Below, piece after piece: positions 1 through 13,100 of a DNA stretch of 64,000 nt. Source of the DNA: Macrostomum lignano (lineage: Eukaryota); contig NIVC01001870.1 of the NCBI GenBank assembly GCA_002269645.1, positions 111,798-175,797 of the forward strand. The letters run 5' to 3'. The position numbers were made by a program, and so were the translations under genes. The notes below the pieces were generated by a model. It saw nothing but the letters and a program-made list of their open reading frames with translations, was not told where the DNA came from and did no database searches. Each line of letters starts with the position of its first letter. Within the stretch, counting starts at the first letter, position 1.

Positions 1-499
1 TGCATGCCTCTGTTGATGTAACTCCTTATGGAGATCTAAGTTTAACCTGGTCACCTTGCCTGCGTCTATTTGCTATCCTAGCTTTTAATGAAAAGGAGCT
101 ACATATGCCTCTTACTATTATTCTTAATTTTTTCTAAACTACTGTTTACGCGATTGTTCAGCCCTGCCTTTTCTAATTGCTAACCTGTTTATGTGAGCCA
201 TGTAAGGTGCCCCATTCATTCATTTTGATCTTGGACCCCTGCTATGTAGTTATCTGTTTTATGACTCCTTGATTCATGCGCCTACCCCATCTCCGTGTGT
301 GCCACCTTAGAGTGTACAAGGGGTGATGGCCCTTTTTAGCAGTTAAATTTTATTTCCCCTGGTTGGCTTTTAATTCCACCAATTGGATATTTTTGTGTCA
401 TTTAAGAGCCAATTTTCATTCCATTATGTTCAAGCTCTGAATTGACCTGAGTTGTCAAAAGTTTTGCTTGCGAATCACTATTTATCCACAACTATGGAT

Positions 500-1611
500 T
501 AAAATGACCCTATGCTGGGCGGCGAGGAGTCTCCTCTCAGTCGAGAGATCAGAAGAGCTGAAGTGAGCACTAGTTTAGTGTTAGGTGCCCCCTTTTGTCA
601 GCTGTGCCCTTGCACCCTTCTGAGCTATTGGCTGCCGCTGGCCGGAGCTCTCCCTCTCCCTCTCTCTCTCTCCCTCTCTTTTCCTCTCCCTTTCTCCCTC
701 TTCCTCCCCATTGTCCTTTTGTCTGCCTGCGCTCCTTTTTCTGTCCCCCTTTTTCCAGTTCCTTTGCATTCTCAGTGTCTGAGCTTCTCCACTCAGCTGT
801 CCTTGATTCATTGTCTGTCTGGCCTCTCTCCCCCTTTTCTTGTGTGGCTGTGTTTGTTCATTCCAAGTTCAGCACTCAAGCTATACTCTCGGTCTGGCTT
901 GTATGGTAGCAGATCACGTGTCCTAGGCACTCTGTCCTTTTCTTGTGCTGCCTTGTGCAATATTGTGTATCAGTCTCTAAATAAGGAACAGTGTCCTTGC
1001 CTCTCTAGTAGGGCTCCGCGCTTTTTTCTAAAAATAGAACTGAATCACGCTAGGTTGAGGGGCGCAGTGAGAGCGGCCTTGCGCACTCTGGTGCAATGGG
1101 GTGATGCTGAAATTGATCCGCTATCCTATAAGTATGGGCCTCTTGTGCCTCTGTTTGGCAACCACGCGCTTAACCTTTCCTTTTGCCACCCTTCGTTTAT
1201 GAGTCTGGACTAAACATTGCTCTCACTTATAAGGCTCGCGCAGCTCACGCTAGCTCTTTGCCAACTTAACTTAACTTCTGATCTATCCTCGACTGAGTGC
1301 CTGAGTGTGAGCTAAACCCCCAGACAAGCTAACCAGAAACTAGCACAGTTCCTCCTCCCCACACTTGAGCCCGGCAGGACCGCTGACGAGGTGTGCACCG
1401 GTGCGAACTGTCAAATCTGCATGGCGTGCTAAGTTCTCATGTCTCGTTTATTTCGCTCAGCCCGGAGTCTCCCTCACCGAAGGACAAGATCAAAGCAAGC
1501 TGGTGGCAGCACTACCTACGCTATTGAAAGCTAAGAGAACTTCCCACTGAAGAGGCTCGAGACTTAAGGTAATCTTAAGTGCCTAAATGGGAAGCAACAG
1601 CAAACACTTCA
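500..1611 (+). repeat. LTR-like long repeat (diverged relative of the Gypsy LTR at 32119-33294); left boundary approximate
   Basis: Ends in ...CTTCA directly before a tRNA-Leu PBS (1613). Shares the motif TGGTGGCAGC(A/G)CTAC (1501 vs 32868) and a pyrimidine-rich tract with the 32.1-33.3 kb repeat. Confidence 0.4.
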
Positions 1612-1612
1612 C

Positions 1613-1630
1613 TGGTGGCAGCAGTGGGAT
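1613..1630 (+). promoter_or_regulatory. Primer-binding site, tRNA-Leu type
   Basis: TGGTGGCAGCAGTGGGAT is a 17/18 match to the complement of the conserved tRNA-Leu(AAG) 3' end (TGGTGGCAGCGGTGGGAT). Confidence 0.65.
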
Positions 1631-2499
1631 TTCAAGACTTATCAGGCTATTGCTAAATAGCATCAAGCAAAGTATAGCAAGTACAACAAAAAGACACTTC
1701 AAAGCTCTCAACTGCACCAACGACTATGACGGAGAGCCCTACGACCAGGCGCTACTTAATGAGTTCGACCCACATGGCGAAGGCCCTGCTAGCCCTGCCC
1801 ACTCCGGTGCCCTCTCCCGAGCCGCCTATGGCCCTGATACCCACGAGCAGCCCTGGCGTTTGGCTGCATGGGCTTATGGATTGAATCAGTACGGTGCCTC
1901 TGGCCCCCAAGCTGGAGGCCATCCATGTTTTGGAGTCAGAGTGGCATTTGACACTGCCCTTCCTACCATAAAACTAGATGAGTGGGTCCAGTCAGTCATC
2001 ACTAGTGGAAGCAGCAGTTGCCAATACCTAGTCTGACCATACACAGCACCTGGCCGAGCTGCTGCTCTGGGAATATGCTAGGGACTCAACACCCGGCAGA
2101 TGAGCGACTGCCACCACTAGCGCGACTATACCCTGACCTTTGGACAGCCGGCGGTGGCCCGAGCTGTCAGAATTACCGCCAATCTTTTGTGCAAACGGCT
2201 ATAACAATTGGTAGGCAGCCTGCACTACGGCACATTCTGTTTGTTAGTTGGCCTGTTTGTCGACCATGTGGCAACACTGGGGTGCGGAATAATGACCACC
2301 CTTATCTAGCATAGCCACCAGGCCCAAATTGCTCCAAATAATTACCCAAATAATGCCCCTGCTTGCTGAGGCCAGTTGGCAACATAGGGCCATCAAATCT
2401 AAAGATGACCAGAAATGCTCATCAATTGCTGACTGTTCCCCCAGTGCCCCCGCACTTGTGGTAAGCCAGTCTACCACTGGAGTTCAACAGCAATTGGCA

Positions 2500-3680
2500 A
2501 CTCTGGCGAGATGTCTCCCATGGCTGATAAATTGACATCATCTAATTCTACCAATGGACCAGACTTAGCTATTTTCTTCCTTTTCTCTTGGTAGATCCAT
2601 CCATTGTTCTCCTGGCTATACCCTCCCTTGCCCCATCTTTGTTTTAATGTGTTTTTTAACATTTTCAATTGCCAGTTAAATTCTTTTCCCTTGTGTGGCC
2701 TACCTGCTGCTCTCTTTGGTATCCCACTCCTGGGAATTAACCATGTCTATGTATATAAAATCTTGCGTGTTTTACTCAGTTTTAACTTTCCCATTGGTAC
2801 TTATTCTGTACCCCTTCTAATTTCAGTTTAATTTCCTAATTGCATGTTCTCTTGACCTTTATTTCTTAATACATTACTTTTTGCCCTCGGTACTGCCAAA
2901 TTTATCTTATCATTGCAGCAACAATAATAATTGACAATAATATTTATTAGCTTTGCCTAACTTAGTATTTATTCAGTTAACAATAATAACTATTTATGAC
3001 AACTATTTATTCATCTTATTTATTCATCTTCATTCTTAATCAAAGCCCTTAGTTTTCTATTGAGTCATTTGCCTACGGGGCCTAAAACAATCTATTTGTC
3101 TCATCTCAAAGAAAGCTATAAGACCCTCAACAATCCATAATACAAAATTATGGTAGTGGCAGTGCTACTTTACTACTGATAGTAACAAACTAAGCATATT
3201 GACAGACTATGAAATTTATAGTGTCTGAAGACCCAATTGAATGACTGTGCCATTTAAAGACTGTTTGACTACAAATTATGACTACCTTCCCTCTAGACTT
3301 GAGGACCTAGCAGACGGAGTATTGAAGGAGAAGAGTTATGAATCAGTTTATGAAATTTTCTAGCTTTATGAGTACCAAGACATCACAGGTGGCAATTCAA
3401 TTTCAAAGTTTAAAACTGTCTTACCTCATTGGTGTCAGTGAAGCAAACCAATGCCCCATTAATTTATTTTCTTCTTTTCTCGTACCTCAATACCTAGACC
3501 AGACCTATGCTTAGATAAAATACTTAGACTTATACTTTTTTAGATTATTCTAAGATATAATAAACTTATAATAGAATAATATTATATTGCTGGCAGTACT
3601 GGCAGATACCAACATTTAGTATATTTAATTAATTAGGAAAAAAGCAAAGCCATATCACAACTTTGGTAGTATTTCGTAAG
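2500..3680 (+). repeat. Second diverged LTR-like repeat; boundaries approximate
   Basis: 3060-3340 aligns by eye with 32775-33040 (tcatttgcc...ggggc.taaaa; tggtagtggcagtgctac; gtgtctga.gaccc; gaggacc..gcagacggagta). It ends with cacaactttggtag, like the LTR/PBS junctions at 33.3 kb. Confidence 0.5.
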
Positions 3681-6229
3681 ATCCAATTAGACAGAAGAAT
3701 ACCACTAGCAAAATTGTATTGAATTGGCTTTAGCTATACTGATAAAAGACTATATCCAAAAAATAGGCCCTACTAAGTCTACTTTAAATAACTTAAAGGC
3801 TTAACAATATGACATCAATAGGCCTAAGTAATTAAGCCTATGTAGGCCAAATATTATATTAAAACTTGATATTAGGAGGCCTAAGAAAAAGCTTAAAATT
3901 CAAATGACAAATGGTGAAATAATTTTTGTAAATTGTAAAACCTAATTAACTAGGCCTATACCCATTAGACATGCTAGACAAGTAAGACAACAGCTTCCTA
4001 ATCCTAGCCTTGTAGATAATCAATACATAGAAATCCAAAAAGAAACATTTCAAAAAGTGGGAAGGGCAGGTTTGAGGTTCAATGGCAGATTTAGGAAGGA
4101 GAGGCATACAGGATGCACACCCCCTGTTGAATATGATATTTTTTATGGAAAATGCACATTATCATCTACCAATTATTTTTAGCATTGGTCAGCACTCATT
4201 TTAGCACTAGGCTAGGCATATAGGCTATATAGGCCTAAGCACTTATTTTAGTACCACAGGCCCTATTTTAGTACCACAGGCACTCATTTTAGTGCCGCAG
4301 GTGCTATGTTTTGTCGCCCTGCAGCAAAAATGCAAAGCAGCAAAAAATAAGAGTAAAAAATAAGCTGAAAGTCTACATTTAGCATTTAATTTGTGGAGGG
4401 GTCAGATACCATTACTGCCCCCCTCCACTTTAAAAAAGTGGGGGCCATGGCCCCACTGTCGCCCCCGTTCCTACGCCTATGACTACTTGTGAAATCGCTG
4501 GAGAACATAAAGTAGACCTATCTAAACAGCGCATGCTATGCAATGCTAATTAGGCCTAACCGACCTGCCATTGTAGGCAAGTTAAAAAAAGTGACGCCGT
4601 CGCCATCTTGGATAAGCAGCAATATAAATATACTGCCATTTTTTTGCTGTTTTTTCAAATACATTAAGAGAAAGAGAATATACCCTTTGTCAAATCGACG
4701 TACAAATCGTCGTCAAATCGACGTACAATTTTGGCAAAACAACCTTGGGCCCCTAGCTTTGGAACTTTCTGCGAAGTCGTTTTTACTAAATATCAATCTT
4801 TAAAAAGGTTGTTTGGTATAACAAATTGGGAGCAAATGTAAGTCTGTCGCGAGCGGTTTTGATTATGGTTCAGTTGCCGCTTTTTTCAGCTGCAATTGTC
4901 AAAAAATATGATAGGAGCATATACTATACATGACGTACGAAGTACAGACTGTCTGGGATGGCCGACTGCATTCATCATTTGATATGCTTTCAGTAGTATT
5001 CGGCGTATCTGATCTCAGGCCATGCCAATGTCTGCAGGAGTGCGCAGATATGCTTTTAAGTTCGTTACTATGCCTTGCGACTTGATGTATATGTATAGGC
5101 TCGTGTAGCTGTCGATTTTAGATTTTTGGTTCACATGCAAACGCTGGTGAAGATGGCATGCAATACCGACGATGTACCTAGCTATACATACATGAAAGCG
5201 ATGCAGAACTGGGATGCTGAACTTTAACCCGTTTCTCTGCTGCTTGAAGTCTGTATATTGCATGTCTCTAGGAGCTAAATCTAAAATGTAAACCATGTAA
5301 AATAAACTGAGCAGCTTATTCACGCTGGTGGGTGGGTGTAGGTACATATGATAGATAATGTACACTGTACAACAAATTTCAATGTGTAGAACTTTCCACG
5401 GATTTTTTGCTAGATTGGAAGTTTCAGACCCGTATTCTCGTTTTTTGCTAATGTATATGTCACATGCATTATAGCCACAACTCAGTAACAGTAAGCTTTG
5501 CACTGAAGTAGACGATTACTCAGAATTGTTAAAATATTTAGACTAACTCCATTCATTGTTTTTACTACATATTGAATTGGTGTTAAACGTGTTTAAAAAG
5601 CGTGTCGAACGTTACGCACCCGTGCCAGTCTGCACACTTGCTAGTTGCCAGTGAACTTTGAAAAAAATCTGGGTTTTTTGAAACTACATGTACGCTCGTA
5701 TTATTATTAGTTTTTTTCAAAAAGGAGTACTTGGAGGAAAACTTTAACAAAGCTAGCTAAAATAAAATGAAACTGAAAAGCTCGTTTTGTAGTATAGATA
5801 ATTATTTGCAACTAATTTAAAGAACTTCGAAGAATGTTTTGAAAAGCAACAGTGCGTTTTAGTGATAGCCGCGTTTTATTTTTGATGGCGATCGAGTGTA
5901 CACAGAACTTTGCGAAATAGCGCCAGCAGGAATCGAATTGTAATGATTGTTGAAATAGTGTAAGTCACTCCTGCAAGGACTACGTCGATTTTGTCATAAA
6001 GATGGTCGACAAGTCCCAATCGAGACAGGCTTTGAAGAAACGGTCTTTGGTGTTTGACCAAGCGTTACATTAAATTTAAACTCTGAAAAGGGCATATCTT
6101 GACTTTGCTTTGTGTTAAACTCGGCTGCTAACGTACTCATGCAATGCTTCATTAGTCAAGCCTTCTTTGAAGTGATAACGGAAAGCATCTAATTCGATTG
6201 AATGGCCTTCATGACACTCGGCCGTCCGT

Positions 6230-6400
6230 GAGATCTTTTCTATAGTACAATATGTCAAGTGAGCATCATGTCAATGACGTCTCTCTCGTCACCGCCTGAG
6301 TGATTAAATAACCTAGCTACTACACAGGAACTGCGAAGACTGTGCCAGTGATTAGATCCGCGATTTGGTAGTGTCTTCGGCAACACTGCCTGTGCTTCCA
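6230..6400 (-). pseudogene. Degenerate tyrosine-recombinase (Crypton-like) C-terminal fragment
   Basis: With one frameshift the minus strand reads ITG-HSLRSSCVVARLFNHSGGDERDVIDMMLT*H, resembling the HSLR...RLF..G.DE..I...TGH box of Crypton recombinases. Confidence 0.35.
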
Positions 6401-6544
6401 GCACATCTCGATCTCGTTTTCATGTACAAGCGTAAAAGCTAGGATCTGAAGACATGCAAAACACAAAAAATTTATGATTTGTTACGATTTTTTGTGAGAA
6501 AAGGGCCAAGATGAATAGGGAATTTTTTTAGATCTCAGTGTTCA

Positions 6545-7419
6545 TCGGGGGAATTGCTGAACTTCTGTGGCTCGACCCGATCAAGGCTCACGGGGAAATT
6601 GCTGAGATCTCAAGGCTTACGGGGGGATTGCTGAGATGTCAAGACTCACGGGGAAATTGCTGAGATCTCAAGGCTTACGGGGGGATTGCTGAGATGTCAA
6701 GGCTTATGGGGGAATTGCTGAGATGTCAAGGCTCACGAGGAATTTCTGAGATGTCAAGGCTCACGAGGAATTTCTGAGATGTCAAGGCTCACGAGGAATT
6801 GCTGAGATGTCAAGGCTCACGAGGAATTGCTGAGATGTCAAGGCTCACGAGGAATTGCTGAGATGTCAAGGCTCACGAGGAATTGCTGAGATGTCAAGGC
6901 TCATGGGGGCATTGCTGAGATGTCAAGGCTCATGGGGGAATTGCTGAGATGTCAAGGCTCATGGGGGAATTGCTGAGATGTCAAGGCTCATGGGGAATTG
7001 CTGAGATGTCAAGGCTTACGGGGGAATTGCTGAGATGTCAAGGCTCACGGGGAAATTGCTGAGATCTCAAGGCTCACGGGAGGATTGCTGAGATGTCAAG
7101 GCTCACGAGGAATTTCTGAGATGTCAAGGCTCACGAGGAATTTCTGAGATGTCAAGGCTCACGAGGAATTGCTGAGATGTCAAGGCTCACGAGGAATTGC
7201 TGAGATGTCAAGGCTCATGGGGGCATTGCTGAGATGTCAAGGCTCATGGGGGGCATTGCTGAGATGTCAAGGCTCATGGGGGAATTGCTGAGATGTCAAG
7301 GCTCATGGGGGAATTGCTGAGATGTCAAGGCTCATGGGGGAATTGCTGAGATGTCAAGGCTCATGGGGGCATTGCTGAGATGTCAAGGCTCATGGGGGAA
7401 TTGCTGAGATGTCAAGGCT
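6545..7419 (+). repeat. Minisatellite, 28-29 bp unit, about 30 copies
   Basis: Unit ggggaattgctgagatgtcaaggctca(c/t)g repeated in tandem. Confidence 0.95.
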
Positions 7420-7458
7420 ACGTAGTTTTCGTGTACAAATGGTACACGAAAACTACGT
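7420..7458. other. Perfect 17-bp inverted repeat closing the minisatellite
   Basis: acgtagttttcgtgtac (7420-7436), loop aaatg, gtacacgaaaactacgt (7442-7458). Confidence 0.85.
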
Positions 7459-7898
7459 GTACTTTATTCAATTTTCTTGCTAATCCTTTCATTTGGGAGC
7501 CCTGATTGCTAGTCACCATTTGTGTGGCTCCTGTTTTATACTGATAGAAAGATATAATAGGAGAATGTAACGACTTTGCAACGCGACTTTCAGCTGGTTC
7601 TCCATTTAGCTAATCCAAACAGAAAGTAATCAGAGATTGTAAGAGTTGTAGCACGATCAATGTGTGCATATTTAGTTATGCTAAAAGGCTATATAGATGT
7701 GAAACTGAAAACGAAAATTTGAAAAACGTATCGAATAAACATTGTGTGTCGCTTGTCTATTTATATAGATTTCCAAATCACTACTACAAAATTGTTAAAC
7801 ATAAATTAGACAACGATGACTCAGTGCATTCTAACAGTATAGCATTTTAATATAATATAGCTTACGGGATATAAATATAGCATTACTTATACAGGACC

Positions 7899-8331
7899 CA
7901 CAGATACTAGATGGGCCACTCAGCACATTTGCGTGTCAACTACTTTCAGTTCAGTAGTAAGTTAAAACAGAAAGCATTTTTAATGTATTTTTAAAGCCAA
8001 GGCTCATTTTATTGGCACTTACCCCCAAGCCTAAACCGTCCAACCGCGCCTTTCCACGCTACCCCACGTCCCGCTTCAAATTTTATTGCCCTTCTCGGAA
8101 TTCCAGCCTAAAGCTGCCATGTACATTTTAGTGGACTGGCTAATGTACATTATTGCTGAACCAATTAGCAAGTTGTTTACGCCTGCAAGCTTGGGCTTCT
8201 CAACTTATCAGAGTCGTTTCAGCTGCCTTATTATTATAAAATAGCTTATGTATTCTTCTCTGCTACTGAACTGAAAGTAGAAAGCTGCTTTACTAAGCAA
8301 ACATGCCTATCTAGTTATTCTAGTATCTGTG
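7899..8331. mobile_element. Possible degenerate MITE
   Basis: Inverted pairs cacagatactaga/tctagtatctgtg and ctactttcagttcagtag/ctactgaactgaaagtag; no TSD found. Confidence 0.3.
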
Positions 8332-8901
8332 TGCAGGACTAAATATACGAATTTATCACAGAAAAAAGATTTAATTACTTATTTTTTATTTCAAAAAAAT
8401 TCTGCATTATAGAGTCTTAACTAGAAGCTACGCAAAATTCATAAATTAATTTGGAAACCGAATTAATTAACTTATTATAAATATTTGCACGAAACAGATT
8501 ATCAAGTCGACAAGCTGAGGTGATATCGGTGATAAAAATGACCGCCAAAATATAACAGACTTTTAAAACAAAATTCGAAGATAGCTCTCAATGAATATTA
8601 TTGCACAATCGATGAAAAAAGAGAGAACACACACGATTTTGTTTCACCGCTGTGATCACTAAAATTTGATCATAGCAATTTCATAAAAAATGTAAATAGT
8701 TGCAATACAAATTATGGTCCATAATCATGTCATGCGCCAATATCTACTAATGTACTGTACTTAAGCTGTTGACAATACGCCAAAGAGTACTAAAAGTAAG
8801 CTGAGGATGCGAATTTATCTAATCAAATTTGAACAATTTAGCAAGTTTGAGACCACGAATAAAATTATACATCAGTACAAGGATATCGTTTTACAAAGCT
8901 A

Positions 8902-9585
8902 GGGTTACTGGTGATGCACCCAGATTGTAGGTTTAGAACACCACGGTGACCAAGGGTTACTGGGATTGCAATCCAGATAGTAGGTTTAGAATACCACGGT
9001 GACCAAGGGTTACTGGGATTGCAATCCAGATTGTAGGTTTAGAACACCACGGTGACCAAGGGTTACTGGGATTGCAATCCAGATAGTAGGTTTAGAATAC
9101 CACGGTGACCAAGGGTTACTGGGATTGCAATCCAGATTGTAGGTTTAGAACACCACGGCGACCAAGGGTTACTGGGATTGCAATCCAGATTGTAGGTTTA
9201 GAACACCACGGCGACCAAGGGTTACTGGGATTGCAATCCAGATAGTAGGTTTAGAACACCACTGTGACCAAGGGTTACTGGGATTGCAATCCAGATAGTA
9301 GGTTTAGAATACCACGGTGACCAAGGGTTACTGGGATTGCAATCCAGATTGTAGGTTTAGAACACCACGGCGAGCAAGGGTTACTGGGATTGCAATCCAG
9401 ATTGCAGGTTTAGAACACCACGGTGACCAAGGGTTACTGGGATTACAATCCAGATTGTAGGTTTAGAACACCACGGTGACCAAGGGTTACTGGGATTACA
9501 ATCCAGATTGTAGGTTTAGAACACCACGGTGACCAAGAGTGACTGGGATGGCAATCCAAAATGAAGGTTCAGAACGCCACGTGGC
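8902..9585 (+). repeat. Minisatellite, 53 bp unit, about 13 copies
   Basis: Unit gggttactgggattgcaatccagat(t/a)gtaggtttagaacaccacggtgaccaa; period 53 measured (8954, 9007). Confidence 0.95.
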
Positions 9586-9794
9586 TAAGATAATTTTCTA
9601 TCTTAAACACAATGGTCTCGAAAAAATGATTAGTTGATAAATTGCGGAATAATTCAGATAATAAGCATGGTAGATAAATATTACAGTTTGAACAATAATA
9701 AACGAAAAACAATAACAACAAAGTGTTATTTTATTTTAAAGGAACAACGTGAAGGAATATTCTAAGCCTACAATATAGTGAATTTAACAGTAAT

Positions 9795-10196
9795 TCAGCC
9801 TTTCAGAACGGCCAAGTACGCCTCGTGCACTCCGGGATAGATTTCAACGTGCCTGGATTTCAAGCTCAAAGTGTAGGCATTAGTCTGCGGCACGATTTTC
9901 AGTTCGGCCAACACTAAAATGCCGTTAGTGAGCTTCACGCACTGGTACAGCATGTCAGTTGATTCAACGCTACGCTTAGCAATGGTGAACACGTTAAATG
10001 AGCGCAGCATAGTGCTGGCCGTGTCCGCATCGTGAGCATAGGAGCCCAGGTTAAACTGGGTCTCATTCTCTGGCGGGATGTCTTTCCAGGTGGACAAAAA
10101 CACGCGCTTGTCCATGTCGCCCTCCTCAGTGAACAGGGCGTACATTGGGATTAGACAGGCAAAGTAGAATATGTCAATGTTGTTCTTCACCGCCAC
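9795..10196 (-). CDS. AP1B1/AP2B1: beta-adaptin last exon (appendage C-terminal subdomain)
   Basis: [17 protein letters not shown]...YLAVLKG*, acceptor cag at 10199-10197. Confidence 0.92.
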   Translation of the reverse strand: MAVKNNIDIFYFACLIPMYALFTEEGDMDKRVFLSTWKDIPPENETQFNLGSYAHDADTASTMLRSFNVFTIAKRSVESTDMLYQCVKLTNGILVLAELKIVPQTNAYTLSLKSRHVEIYPGVHEAYLAVLKG

Positions 10197-13100
10197 CTGC
10201 GCATGGGACAGGGAAGCGAAGGGATTAGTGAGGATTTTAAGTGGGATTATCAGCACAATAACACAATGTGCAGCGTCTAACTGTGAATCGATCAGGATGG
10301 CGCCAAATCGATCAGGATGGCGCCAAATCGATCAGGATGTCGCCAAATCGATCAGGATGACGCCAAATCGATCAGGATGGCGCCAAATCGATCAGGATGG
10401 CGCCAAATCGATCAGGATGGCGCCAAATCGATTAGGATGGCGCCAAATCTATCAGAATTACACTGAATCAATTAAGATGGCGCCAAATCTATCAGGATGG
10501 TGCCAAATCTATCAGAATTACACTGAATCAAATAAAGATGGCGCCAAATCGATCAGGATGGCGCCAAATCGATCAGGATGGCGCTAAATCGATCAGAATT
10601 ACACTGAATCAATCAGGATGGAGCCAAATGGATCAAGATGACACCAATTCATTTAGTATGGCGCCAAATAGATCAGGATGGCGCTAAATCTATCAGAATT
10701 ACACTGAATCAATTAAGATGGCGCCAAATCGATCAGAATTACACTGAATCAATCAGGATAGAGCCAAATGGATCAAGATGACACCAATTCATTTAGTTTG
10801 GCGCCAAATCGAGCAGGATGGCGCCAGATCAATCGAGATTGCAAACAATTCAAGCAAGACAATGGACAAAAAACTAAAAATATGGCGCCAAATATGTACC
10901 GAAATGCAGCTAGTGGCATGGACAGCTCACCTGCAGAGTCAGCAACGGATCCATTTTCTGCACCGGGCCCTTAGTATTCAACGGAAGCAGCGTGGTGACG
11001 CTTTGTTGCGGAGCCAGCGGATTCATGGCCAACGGCTGCGCCGGGGCCAGGCCGAAGCTGTTCTTATTGAACTGCACGGCGAATCCGTTTAACTGTTGCA
11101 TAGCGTTATTTCGCAGCCGCAGCTCCATGCTCAGCTGCGGTCCGCGGCGCAGGAATCGGCCTTCAATTTGCAGGCCCTTGCCTTTCTGGGCTGGCAGCCA
11201 CGTCTCCATTGGCGGATCGAAGCCGCCGCCTCCGCCCAGGCCGCCGCCGACGCCGCCGCCTAGACCGCCGAAAATGTCGGCTAAAGAGTCGGCGCCGCTG
11301 CCGCCAGCGGCTGCTGAAGCTCCCGATGGTGGTACAGGCGAGGTGGCCGAGGGAGCCGGACCGCCGAGCTGCAATAATTGAGCGCGACATGAAACAAAGT
11401 ATATAACCGTAGATAAAAGTACATAGTGCAACACACGCTACAAAAGGTAGAATACATATGGAACGAAAAGTACACATGTACCAAACAAAAGTACAAATGT
11501 ACTAAACAAAAGTACACAATGAACATATACTAAATAAAAGTACAAATGTACTAAATAAAAGTACAAATGTACTAAACAAAAGTACTAACGTACTAAACAA
11601 AGGTGCATTTGTACTTAACAAAAGTACATTGTGCACATGTACTAAACAAAAGGACATGAGCTATTCAAAAGTATAAAAGTTTAACAGAGCTTCTTGTATA
11701 AATTTATCGCACAAAAAATATTTTATAAGCTCAAACTTATGAGCGTCTTTTTTACTTAAAACTATACTGGTAGTAGTATAAGTACAGATTGATGAGAAAT
11801 TACATTAACTGTATGGGACATAAAGCAGACAGGAGGTGCACAGAAGGTCAAACAGACCCAGCCACTCTCCCGCCTCCATCTGATCCCAACTATCAAATTA
11901 TTAATAGCAATTTAGTCCCGCTAGCGAAGCTCGTCACTAACATTTTGCTTGAGAGCGTCGACAAAGACAAGCACTTATTGCGGGACAAAGACTGTAAAAA
12001 CTTAATTAAGATTCTCGGCGAGAGTATATGGTGATTCCCAGTGAGATTATGGGAGATTCTTAGCGAGATTATATGGATATTCTTAGAGATTCTCAGTGAG
12101 ATTATAGAGATTCTCAGTGAGATTATAGGGAGATTCTTAGCGAGATTATATAAGAGATTCTCAGTGAGATTATATAGGAGATTTTCAGTGAGATTATAAA
12201 GACATTTTAAGTGTGATTTAGGGATATTTTTAGAGATATTAAATAGGGAGACATTCAGCGAGATCATAGCGAGATTCTCAATGAGATTATAGAGAGATTC
12301 TCCTTGAAACTATATTGAGATTCTTAGGGCGAGATTCTATTGAATATTCTCAGTTTCTCAGGGAGATGCTATACTGCTAGGACTGTTCTCACTAAGATAC
12401 AGGTAGATACTCAGTCAGACGCAATCGCCGCTGACTCACCAGCGAGTCCAGTCCCTCGCCAAGCAGATCCACGGGCTGCTGATTCGTAGAGGCAGAGGCG
12501 GCAGCCATGGCGGCGGCGGCGGTGGCCCCGCCAGACATGTCAATATCCAGCAGGTCCCCAATCAGCGACTCCTGCGTCGGTATGACACTGACGGCGGGCC
12601 GTCCGGGAGCTCCGGTGCCGGCGCCAAAGTCGCCACCACCAGCACCAGCGGCGGCGGCAGCGGCTCCGCCAGCTTCAGCGGCCAGCCGGGACGGCAAGCC
12701 TTTGGTCGCCTTGGCAACCTGGCCGCCGCCACGACCGTCAACGAAAGCAGCGGGCGGCTTGTGATAGACGGACGCCAGGCTGCCAATGTGGCAGATCAGC
12801 TCGTCGAGCAGGTTCGGTTCCAGCAGGTCCGTCTCCTCGCTGATCAGCGGCTTCTCGGCGAGGACAACCTGCGGCGATGGTTGACGGGGCGGGGTCCGAT
12901 TTGCGCTACTTTGAGGCTGTCTGAGCTAGTGCTTATCTGAGGGGAATATTAGTGCTATCTGATGGGAATTTTAGTGCTACCCGAGGAGAATTTTAGTGCT
13001 ACCTGAGTGGAATGTTAGTGTTAGCTGCAGGGGAATGTTGTGTTAGCTGAGTGGAATGTTAGTGTTAGCTGCAGGGGAATGTTGTGTTAGCTGAGTGGAA

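Noticed and set aside
512-1213. 233-aa ORF
   Set aside because: Driven by a CT-rich tract inside an LTR-like repeat; no recognisable domain.
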